A DNA stretch of 62,461 bases, filler included, from Choristocarpus tenellus KU-1152 (taxonomy: Eukaryota > Protista > Phaeophyceae): the NCBI GenBank assembly GCA_964200185.2. It is 8 parts of 8 records of this genome, joined end to end, with 100 filler letters (N's around TTAATTAATTAA, not from the genome) between each part and the next. Parts side by side here need not be neighbours in the genome. Positions count along the whole stretch, not along the records: positions 51,115 to 62,461 come from CAXNAD020002377.1; 7 more parts are not named here. One strand, 5' to 3'. The notes under the pieces were generated by a model. The model ran no database searches and was not told the DNA's origin. It saw only the letters and a program-made list of their open reading frames with translations. The stretch's first letter is position 1. Each line of letters starts with the position of its first letter. A program made the position numbers and the translations under genes. Positions 51,848 to 62,461 of the stretch are shown here, piece by piece.

Positions 51848-53814
51848 AGATAATAGTCTCTATTCTCGTTTGTTGTGTATTATTAAGGTTAATTTGAATA
51901 TTATTCTATGTAGACTCATTTTATATGGCGAACTTTGCCAATCACATTTCACCATCTACTATTATTGTAAAGACTACACACGTCCAACAAATGAAGTTCT
52001 ATTTGTGACTACAAATCTATAGTCGTTCCTCTCACAAATAAATCTGAGTTAAGCCTGTTGGGGTACATCCTCTCAACATGTAATGTAGAGGATTTAGGAG
52101 TTGCAACATTTCATTTAAATATTGTGAATCCTAGTCATTTGTACCCATTAATATTTCCAAGAGTGGTGTGGGAAGAGTCTTCCAACAACATGATGAGACT
52201 TTGACAAATCAACACACTGTGATCTGTACAACTTGTGCTCACAAGAATAAATCACCACGGAGGGATTCAAATCAAAGTATTTGATACAAACCAACTGAGA
52301 GGGAGTCGGGGTTGCAATATAAGGATCCCATGAAAGGCCAAAAATACGTCATTTTGTAAAATTTCAGAAAGGGCCTTTCTTTGCTGAATTGCGGTGTCCT
52401 TCGTTTGTGCAAAGGGGGATATCAATTTTTCATGCACATTAATGTGTTCTTCAAGCAATGAATAGAGTGTGTTGCACAGGGTAAGTAAAAAAGACGGCTT
52501 AGAACAAAAAATAGTCCAAGCCTTCCTACCTCTCAATTGGTTTGACGAATTTGTGCCAGGAAACCATTAGTACATCTTTCACAGATAGGAAAGTGATTCA
52601 AATATTTGTAAATATTTTATTTATTTTGCCCTCTGACATTTTGCAGATGTTTGAAGGAAAACTCGAAGGTAGTATATCACAAAATGTTGTATAAATGAGT
52701 GGGTGAGTGGTACAACAATCATTTGTACACATTTCGCAGAGGATGGGTCATGTACCAACAAATATTAGCACATATTTTTAATGATGCATTATTGTGAGAG
52801 CCATCTTCCAAAGAAGGTATACCTTACAGGAAACCTATCTTGAAGAATCTAATATTCGTATGACATTTGTTTTTGCATGTTGAAAGTAACATATGCTTGA
52901 AGTAAATAACGGGTGGTCTGAGTGAACCTTGCAAAAAACAAAAAGCAAACCCCCTCATTAACTTTCCACTTCTTCACTCTTTCCTGAGTGATCTTCTGAG
53001 AGATTGCTCTCCCTCCTTCCTTGTCTCTCTTCATTTTCTTGCCTCCTGCGGGTCTTCCCGCTCCCCTTCAGTCTGAAGAACCTGTCGGCTTGTTTCCATC
53101 TGTTTCACAGTGGCGACGACGGGCAATCATTCTGAAGTGGGAGAGTACTTTAATGGTAATTTTGGGGGAAGTCTTGGTATATTGCCTGTACTTTGAGCAC
53201 CACACTTATCCTATATATGTATGCCACATTATTCTGACTGGTATATAGTTCGATCAAGGAGACGATAGAACACGTTCCACACAACCGATAATCGTTTTCA
53301 GAGCCTCATAGCGGAGGAATGCAAAGAGAACAAATCAGACGAACATTTGCTACCAGCATGCCACGACCAAGATCCTTTAGCATTTGATGAGGTTATTTAG
53401 AAGATGGAAGGAAACTTCTTCTTCACAAATCGTCTGGAATCTTTGTAATCTTGGTGGTTGACCAATGTATGTTTTCCAGCAATTGATGTCAGCGGATAAT
53501 TACCCACTTAGTCAACGACCTTTGCCATTAACACCCGCTGTTACCCAGACTGTACATGTCTCGTCCACATCTGTACAGATACCGCTAACAACACCACCGG
53601 TATCATCGTCAACCACTTCAACTGGAGATTTGTGCATAAACCTCATCAACTCCGAACTGAATGCTTGTTTCCATCTGTGTCACAGTATGCTGGAAAATAA
53701 CATTTAGTTGTCGTTAATGTAAAAGATGCTTTCTCAAAAAAATATTTAATATTTCAAAACTAACAATACAACAATGCTCCCTTAAAGATTAGTAATTGTA
53801 CTGTAATGTGTACA

Positions 53815-54035
53815 CTGCTAGAAAGGTGTACAAGGAGCTAGGGAAGCATCCCAAGAGTCTGACAGGCTCTTTCTTGCCCATCTGCCTGGTATCTCTAGCT
53901 TGAAATGAATGGCGCATTTCGAGAGAGTTATTTGTACAGTGACGGACACTATCTCAAACGGGACCTTGACAGCTTCGTTCTTACAGTATCCTCCCACTCC
54001 TCTCTCCCCTACTTCATGTGTGGCTAACTCATTTT
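53815..54035 (-). mobile_element. 3' fragment of a CRE-like non-LTR element
   Basis: NELATHEVGERGVGG...IVSVTVQITLSK..HFKLE, homologous to 60284-60505. Confidence 0.65.
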
Positions 54036-55303
54036 TAACATAGGGTAGTGTTGGTAACAATATGCAAAATGCGAGCGATGGCCACTAATATCTGGAATAT
54101 TATATAGATACATATTTTCAACTTACAAGAGTTAAGGAACGCCGACATGACACACTAGAGACATCATGTCACCCATGACCCTACTAGGGCTTCCACAACG
54201 TGCCAATTTAGAAAGGGGGGTGAAATTTGTTCTTCATCATAGAACGAGGGAACCAAATACTGACTGTATGGAAATTACCGTGGTGCCAACCTATTTTTTG
54301 TACACAATTTTCTTTCCTACTGAACCACAAGGTAACATTTGTGCAAGATAATTTTCTATTGAATGACAGTGTAAGATTTGTACGCGATTGCTCTTTCCTG
54401 TTAAATCACAACGTAAGATTTGCGTATCAAGATGACGTAGTTACAGATCAGAGACACAATTATCTTATCTCAACAAGTATGGGCAAATCACTAGTTGAAC
54501 ATGTTGATAAAATAGTGAGTGATAGCTACAAATCATGTGTACATGGTAACCAACAAGGTTTTATCAACCAATCGGGAATATTTGTACATCGTTCCCCAAC
54601 ATTGACTCCTACTCAGTACAACATGATTTGCGGTATAAGATTCCTATTTCCTGGGTAGAAGAGATTTGCACATCCCATCACTCCTTCAACCTTCACATAC
54701 GTTCCATGCGAAACAAGGTACGGTAAGGTAAGTTAAGACGTTGATCTGAAATCGTTGGTGAGAGTCCTTCCGGTCAAAATTTACATTTTAAAAATTGTCG
54801 TGATGCCACTTCTCATACACATGGACACATTATTTGAAGAACTTAGAAGCTCTTCAGGTCCCTCATCAACCCAGTGTGCCGCCCGCTATGTTTGTCTCTC
54901 TCAATAAGCAACAAATACCTTGGGGTAGGTTGGGCACAACCTAAGACCAGGCCCCTTCATGACTCTCTGTGCATTGTTGTAAGTGGGATACCTAGAAGCA
55001 CTACAATAGACCACTGCATCGTGCACTTCATGACAGGGAGTGCATGACAGTTCTCTTGTCACTTGCTTGTCCGCATTGATAGCCTTGCAGTCAACCCCTC
55101 TTACCTCCATGCCAATCTTAGGTTAATTGAAATCCATAGGACCTGCATCCCTATGGCACTACCGCTTTGCCATCGCCTAATTATCATCATCATCGGTGCA
55201 TTGGTGTGAATCATATCAGCAACTTGCTTGAAGTCGCTCTTATCAAAAAAACCCTGTTTCTGCCTTGAGGATTTTGCGATCAGTGTCCTCCACTCCCCCA
55301 GCA

Positions 55304-55825
55304 GAGTCAAAGTATCTTAGAGGGTAGAGCCGCATCCGTTTGGTGGCCAAAATCCAATCTTGAAAGTTTGATGTAATTTTGGCTATCATGTTTGTTAGGA
55401 AGTGTCAATATCCTTGTTCCAGACACACCTTTTCGTAACATATACAATTACCTACTCCAAGACATTTCGGAGTAGGTGAAATTTCATTTTTTAAAAACGT
55501 AGGAATCCAAGTCCCAAATGGACAAAAAGAGTGAAAGTATCTTAGAGGGTACGAATTTTGCCCTGTTTGTCCGTTTGGGGCTTGGGTTCCCAAGGGTGTT
55601 TTATGACATTTTCCTACTTCGAAATGTTTAGGAGTAGGTAAATTGTATACGTTTTGAAAAAGTGTGTTCGGGACAAGGATATTGACACTTCTTAACAAAG
55701 ACGATAGCCAAAATTACGTCAAAATCGGAACATTGCCTTTTGGCCCCCAAATGGACGCGGCTCTACCCTCTAAGATACTTTGACTCAAAAGTGCAAAACT
55801 CCTACCCTCTAAGATACTTTCACTC
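55304..55825. mobile_element. MITE family A (TSD AGCA) containing a nested, oppositely oriented family A copy at 55529-55786 (TSD AAAA)
   Basis: Four TIRs in nested order with two perfect 4-bp TSDs. Confidence 0.92.
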
Positions 55826-58463
55826 AGCACCAGATAATTTCGCTTGGGAATCTTGGGCACCTTTTTGTTGCATGCTGCATGTCCTCTGTTCTCTACACCA
55901 ACAACTGTACAATATCACATTGCAGGGACCTTCCTTAATGTCTGAGTGAACAATACTAAAAAAAAATGTTTTTTGTGTTGAAGGATGTTGTCTGAGTGCT
56001 TAAGGCATGTCAGTCGGGCCTTGAATCAAAGCACCTGCCTAATAGGGAATGCTTCAATACGGCAGGTCAGCCAGTAAGACATTGTATTTGGGGTTGGCAT
56101 AATCCGGCCTGAAAGTGCTCCACATATTGTGTTATGATACAGCGAGCAGACACGGGTTTTAACAGCGGGCACCTGACATCTTTGGTCGAGGTGGAGCAAG
56201 AATATGCTTTATCGTGATAACGTTATCTATGAAGGGAATGTATTCTTGGATAAATTAGATTTTATAGATCAAACAGTGTCTTGTGTTCCACCAATCTGAA
56301 TAAAATGCTGAACTGCTGCGAAGTATCAAGCTGTGTGTGGGGGTGGTCCTACGGAAGACATCATTGGCATGATGTGCGAGTCTTAGTTGCCAGGAATTCA
56401 TGTATTCAGATCAATGGGAGGGTTTGCGTGGAGGATCGACAAAGGAGCAATGGTTACGGACGTTCTATAACGATAAATCCTCACATTTGAGTCATTTGAA
56501 ACTGAACATAGATGGCTCAACAAAGACTTACTATGCTGTATACGTGGAGAAGGACAGAAAGGGAGGGCAAAAAAAGCGCTAAACATTTGATGCCTAGGTA
56601 CTCCATGCACAAGAGTCTGATGACTGCTCTAAGATGTCCCCCCACCGAAGATTACATGGAGGTACAAACGTTCAAAGCAAACTCTATTGAGCAGTATGGA
56701 CTGAAGATATCTTAGCCACTGAGAGGACCTTATTCCTTTCTTGGCGTCTTCCTTCTCTACAATCCTTCCTCCACAAACCCCCGTGCAGACCTGGTCTCAA
56801 TGGCCGTGATCACACTTGGACAATGAAAGATGAACCAAGACAGAGACAACGAAGACTTTACAGTTCCTCCATGTAAGGAGACAACCTACTAATTCCAACG
56901 CATTCTCAATTGAATTCCACTTTGCATAGGTTTCCCACAGAAAAAAAATTAGAGTCTTGTATGATTCATGGCGAAATGACAGGTGTGTGCCTCTCAATCA
57001 AACCTGAATTCTAGTGAGCGGCGCATCTGTCATCTGTGGCTATGTTCCTGTTGCACCTTGCACCAAGTAAAAGGCCTACCTCAGGTTCTCTCTTGGATGT
57101 GAAAACTGGGGATGTGCATAATAAAGTGTGAATAGTATAATCTCTGCTGAGGTACGAGGATGTCCTAAGGAAAAATACTCTTCTCTTAGATTGTTACCAT
57201 ATAACTTAAGACCCCAGTCATGGGTACCACAATCTAATCCAGTTGCAAACACTGTTTGTGAGATACCATGCTATTTTCTCTTTTCTTGCTTTTTGTCCCT
57301 AAACTAAAAAAAAATCTCTCTTCAAAGAAAACAATGGCGGTTGCTCCCACATGAAACAGAGGGTTGGCACACTCTAGAACAGTCACTGCCTTCGCATTCA
57401 ATTTCTCCAATATGGAGTAAAAGATTCAACTATATAATTTCAAAAAACTCTTCACCCAGTTCAGTTGATGTGTTTCCTTGAAGCCACACCATATTGTAGT
57501 GAGCAGCAGAACATTTTCAAAGTTGTATCTAATTTCCATTTTGACTCCGACGACCCTCAAATTAGAAGAATAAAGATGCCCCATTTCAATCGTTTAATGT
57601 GGTAAAGAAAATTATTGTAACAGTAACGTGTCTAAATTTCCAACTGCATAAACACATGGAAATTGACCATAGGAAGAAAAAGGTTATGAATAAGAAAGTA
57701 CTTTCTTGTCTGTTCCCACTTCCTTCATGGAGTGTGGGAGGCATGGATGAGAATCTCATTTATACCACTTCTGCTTTCATGGATGGATGAGATAAAAGCG
57801 AAAGGGAGCAACAACCTTCAGGCACAAACTCTCTAATAGCTCATAATCCAATTTGGTAGGGTGTGTTTGTCATTGTGGTCATTAACTGTTTGTAACTAAC
57901 CAAGCATGAAACATGCACCTCATTATATTTATATATCGGAAAGCTATTATAATATAGGTGACTGTGCATAGTACTCGCTCTGCAGTCTGTGGACCCCACA
58001 CTCTACATGTACAGACCATTGTTATAGATTTGTACGATAGGATACATGTTAGCTGGATCTTCTCCAACTGATGGTGAGAGGCGACACAAAAGAGGAAATG
58101 AATGTGAAATGAAAAAGGATATCGAACACAGCATAAAACACATTTATCGACTGAAGGAGATATTAGTATCAAAATCTACAGTCCGATTCCCAGAGACTTG
58201 AAGGTCCAATAGTCCAATGAGGACTCCACTCACTCAAACACAAGTTGGATACACAACAAATACATATATATACATCTGCAGCAGCAGGCTTCACAAGAAG
58301 CTGCTGAGGCAGGAGTAAAGAAGATATAACGCCATGTAAACTCTCCCTTTGCCTACCATAAACATCCAAGGGGAGTAGAGGTGTACAAAAACAAGAACCT
58401 GGACAGGGGCCGATTCACCAGAGTCAGTATCATCCACAACACTACAAGTACATCATCATGACT

Positions 58464-59439
58464 TCAACCCATCTCGACATTGCCAATGTTGCCACTCCGC
58501 CACTGCCCTGATGATAAGGACTCCAGAACTGTTGCGTGCATTACCTGCGGCATGAGCTCCTGGAGCCCCAAAGGGTTAGAAACAACCCAGCTCACGCCGG
58601 GATGCTTTTGTGAAGCAGTTTCCATAAGGGCAGGTATATCTGACGTAACATGTCGACCGGGACTAAGGAAGAAGGGGTGACAAACCACTGCTTCGGCGCC
58701 CGCCTCCACGCAGCGATCAAAAGCCTGCTCGATGGTTGGTTCTGCCAGTTCCATGTGCGCTGGCTTTAATGGGAGAATCACGGGGGGTGTCCACAGGAAG
58801 GGAGGGGGCATCAGATAGGAGGGGCGAAACCATATCACAAGAAATTGGCACAAATGGCTGCATGAATTGGATTTTCAAGAGTCTAGATTATCTGTATCCC
58901 CTCTCCCTAGGCTGTACTGCCCTGCAGACCAACTATTCCCATGTTCTCTATGGTCACTGAACATGAACTTATTCTACCCCGTTTAGTCACCATCGCTAGC
59001 AATTGCAGGTCCAACAAACGTATCTCAGACCAGCAGTGAGAAACATCGGCATTTTTGTTAATGGAAAACAGAAGATCAATTTTCTCTGCTCATACACATC
59101 CTATACTCCTAGGGCAGGACGTTCTCCACCTACCTCAATCACTTCGTATTTGGAGAACGAACGATACCTCTCCACCACCTCGAAAAGCATATTGTTGGCA
59201 GTTTCCCGACGAGATCCATGATCGCACACAATCACCCCAACACGAGTCCCACCTACCGAGTGATCTGTTCCGGTTTGTTCAACCATTTTCACCCGACCGC
59301 CCTGACCACGAATAAGTGGAATGGTCAAGTTGCGAGGTCCACGACGGTCAGTTCTCAAAACATCAAGTGTCGGCCGAAGGGCAAGCACTGGGGAAATTGT
59401 TGCGAGGAGAGGTACGAGGCAAATTTCATTGAACCTCAT
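58464..59439 (-). CDS. sirB: Sirohydrochlorin ferrochelatase/cobaltochelatase (SirB/CbiX family), probably plastid-targeted; exons 59439-59134, 58763-58464 (201 aa)
   Basis: GVIVCDHGSRRETAN...VIE-PAHMELAEPTIEQAFDRCVEAGA..VVCHPFFLSPGRHVTSDIP...PLG: the HGSR and GRH chelatase motifs. Hydrophobic N-terminal signal followed by an Arg-rich transit-like stretch; phase-0 intron GAG|gtaggt...aag|CCA. Confidence 0.9.
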
Positions 59440-59749
59440 GACTGGAAGATACCACACACACACACACACACACACACAACTGAGTATTCCAGTCACGCTT
59501 CCAACTTGTTACTTCACATCATCCAACAACAAAACCTCCAAAACCTCGTGCGAACCACAAGCGCGCACAAAGACGTATGATTGGAATACACGAAAAAATA
59601 ATATTTCTGGAAAATTCCATTCCTCAACATACCACTACTCACTAACTACATTTATATTATTGTGTCCTCTAAGTAGATGCGTCACAAAAAAACAATATTG
59701 TCATAAATGTCAAAAAACATAGATCTATTTCCTATTTTACTACAACCTA

Positions 59750-60066
59750 TGCTCTACCACTGCCTTCCTGTGCCTCCAACTTAACTATTCCTGTGCCCCA
59801 GAGTGAGGAGCTAGGGGAGCATTCCAAGAATCTAACAAGCCTCTCCTTGCCCATATCCCTGGTGACTCCAGCTTAAAACGCGTGATACTTCTAGACAGGG
59901 TCACCTACGTTGTTACAGACACTATTTGTCGTAGGCGGGCTTTGACTGCCCCTTTCCTGCTCTAGCCTCCAGTTCCTCTCCTCCCTACCGCATGCGTAGC
60001 TAGCTCATCCAGGAAACTTTCCAGTTGCTTACCGAGCCGCCCAAAATTTCCCACCGCGGAGGTGTT
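59750..60066 (-). mobile_element. Second 3' fragment of a CRE-like non-LTR element
   Basis: Diverged direct repeat of 60242-60570. Confidence 0.65.
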
Positions 60067-60239
60067 CCATTCATTCAATTATATCAAATGACATTATGGA
60101 CTCTGACATTTTTTTAGATGTGTCAGGGGAAAAACAATGAAAAGCCAACTCAATATCAAAAGAACCCCTTTCAGAGTAACAGTTGTCGTAAATGTTAAAG
60201 ATATATCTCTCTAAATCGATTTACTATTTGACTACCACC

Positions 60240-61540
60240 TATGCTACACCACTCCCCTCCTACGCCTCCAACCTAGCTTAGCCCTACACCACAGGGCGAG
60301 GAGCTAGGGAACCATCCCAAGAATCTGACAGACCCCTCCTTGACCATCTCCCTGGTGTCTCCAGGTTAAAACGCATGGCACGTCTTGATAGAGCCACTTG
60401 TGTTGTGACAGACATTATTTGTCGTATGTGGGATTTGACAGCCCCTTTCCTGGTGTAGCCTCCCACCTCTCTTCCCCCTACCAGGTGCGTAGCCAACTCA
60501 TCCACAAAAACTTTCCAGAACTTTCCAATTGCTTACCGAGGCACCCAAAACTTTCCACCATGAAGGTGTTGAGTTTAGAACTACGAGGGTCAAAAGAACC
60601 CTCGTAGTGGGTGCGCTTTCGCGCCTCAGCTGCAGTAGCAGCTACACCATTCATTGCTAGAGAATGGGTGTGGTAGATGGGAGGAACTTGCACTTCTGCG
60701 AACGTAACATCCAGGAGGTCTTTATCCTGGTAGGGAGCTGATCCAGCGGCCGCAGGCGCCCTGGCGTAGAAGACCACAACTATGCTAAAATTCCTGTCCA
60801 CTGTGAATGGGCTACCGTCCTCCATAGTGTAAGGGATGCCCATTCCTTTGCAGAGTTGACTTAGACGTTTCACGATCGGTGTATGTTGGCGGACCTGTCC
60901 CATTGTCCTAAGGCAGGTACGAGAATGTATAGTATCCACACCATGCCTCCTGCACCCAGTCACTGGGCACGGGTTGGATAGGGCCTCCTCCCTCCCTAGG
61001 GATCTGCTGGCAGCGAGTCTAGACTCTATGGGAGGGAGTCTGGCGTGCTGGTTCCAGGGGTTGTGTGGAGGCCCAGGGTCAAAGTATCTGGGGGGGGGTG
61101 GGGGGTCTACACCAAGGTGTACATTTGGATCCTGACCAGGAAAAGTGCACTTACCTTATCCATCCGAAACATACAACCAAATCACCTAAAAATTACGACT
61201 TGGAAAAACGGTCCCCAAATGGACAGCTGCCCCCCCGCCCCCCCCCAGATACTTTGAGCCCGCATGTATTCACCCCTTGCCCACACTGGCTCTGGTGGCG
61301 GACCAAGGCTACCGAAGAACTTCCCCTCCCTTGTTCTCAATCGTCTGGTAGGTTGATCATTGGGTTCGATAAGAGTCGAACCGGATCCTGTTCAGAAGGT
61401 GGGTAATCTTGTGTTATGCCCTCGTTGTGATCGTGGCATCATGTGTTGCTAGAGTGTGAACCTCTGGGGCAGGTGTAGGGATTGTTGTTCCCTCCCAGGT
61501 TAGCCAGCCTTGGACAATAATTCCCGCCAAGTCTTTCCTA
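60240..61540 (-). mobile_element. Decayed CRE/R2-like non-LTR retrotransposon 3' region (CCHC finger + restriction-like endonuclease), interrupted by MITE B
   Basis: CPVTGCRRHGVDTIHSRTC (CCHC), QHTPIVKRL, LLDVTF...AEARKRTHY...FMVESFG.LG...DELA...SVTTQVALSRR: the typical RLE domain layout. Confidence 0.75.
61076..61260. mobile_element. MITE family B
   Basis: GGGTCAAAGTATCTGGGG ... CCCCAGATACTTTGAGCC; flanks CCCA/CGCA. Confidence 0.9.
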
Positions 61541-61816
61541 TATTATATATTATTATGCCCTCTGAGGAAATGCCATTAGGGCTAGGGTCATTCGTAAAAC
61601 ATACTACAAATACTAAGCAGTTCTCAAGGTTGTTGCACAATGTATAGTGGGAACTTACCTATGTAACAGGAAGAAGATCATACTCTATAAGGATCAGGAA
61701 GTATTGTATGGAGTAGTTCGTTGTAGTAGCGGAAGTAGTGTGATTTCTGACCCCGACACCTCACATAGCGGACATGATGTACACCCTATGTCCCCTCCAT
61801 GAACTCGACTGGAAAA

Positions 61817-62003
61817 GGCTCAAAGTATCTGGGGGGGGGGTGGCAGCTGTCCATTTGGAGTCATTTTTTTCATGTCGCGATTTTTGGGCGATTTGGTTTC
61901 ATACGTCGGATGGATAATGTAAATGCACTTTTCCTTATTTTGGTCCAAATGGACACCCTGGTGTAGACCCTCCCCCCACACACACACACAGATACCTTGG
62001 TCC
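61817..62003. mobile_element. MITE family B, TSD AAAA
   Basis: GGCTCAAAGTATCTGGG ... CAGATACCTTGGTCC; AAAA on both sides. Confidence 0.88.
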
Positions 62004-62461
62004 AAAACAGCATGTATGTGTATGTGATCATCATGTGTCATCGTCATATTGTTATATTGACCTGCACTAGGAAATATATTATGACTCTGTTGACCACAAT
62101 CGACTGTGCAGTGTGCTTGTCAAGTTCATGATGTTTGATCAAAAATATATGAGGTCAGCATTCCTGTTCAAAGTTGTCACTGCATAAATTGCAAAAAGCA
62201 GCAAGTAGTTAATTGAGGAGTTCACGCTCAAAGTATCGGGGCGAGAAGGAGCGAGTTATGTGGAAAGGGGGGACATCAGTTTTTTGTGTACAATATTATT
62301 GTTGTTGTGCATATAGAGCAAATGAAATAGGGTATTTATTACAGTGTACCCCAGAACTCACCTCCACAGGATGTGTAACTCAAATCCAATTACCTTAAAA
62401 CGATGCTATGGGGACGTTGCCCTTGGTAACAGTTTGTTGGGTGTCAGACAGCCTTCTCTTG

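Overview
Intron-rich, repeat-rich eukaryotic draft-genome DNA, about 40-45% GC by eye. It is most consistent with an ochrophyte stramenopile (brown alga or relative); this is inferred from GT-AG multi-exon genes, a bipartite plastid-targeting CbiX/SirB, and short TTAGGG runs. Seven identical 100-bp N/TTAATTAATTAA/N linkers split the window into eight contigs, and some joins are probably not true adjacencies. Spliced genes I can build by hand: an SDE2-like protein with an upstream SPRY-type segment (3' part), a stramenopile 'SISGRLRSASDLEE'-motif protein, the N-terminal part of a ubiquitin-activating E1, RPB7 (three 3' exons), a complete sirohydrochlorin chelatase (SirB/CbiX), and two hypothetical genes. 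Mobile DNA: related MITE families sharing an AAAGTATCT terminal core with 4-bp TSDs (one copy nested, one inside a splice donor), a hAT-type element with an 8-bp TSD, a Helentron/HINE-like hairpin repeat, and CRE-like non-LTR remnants. The most unusual structure is a ~4.3-kb TA-flanked IS630-Tc1-mariner element (5848-10139) that is an imperfect palindrome over much of its length. It holds two divergent transposase-gene copies: one keeps the HTH-like region and the other the DDE C-terminus. Percent identities quoted are rough visual estimates.
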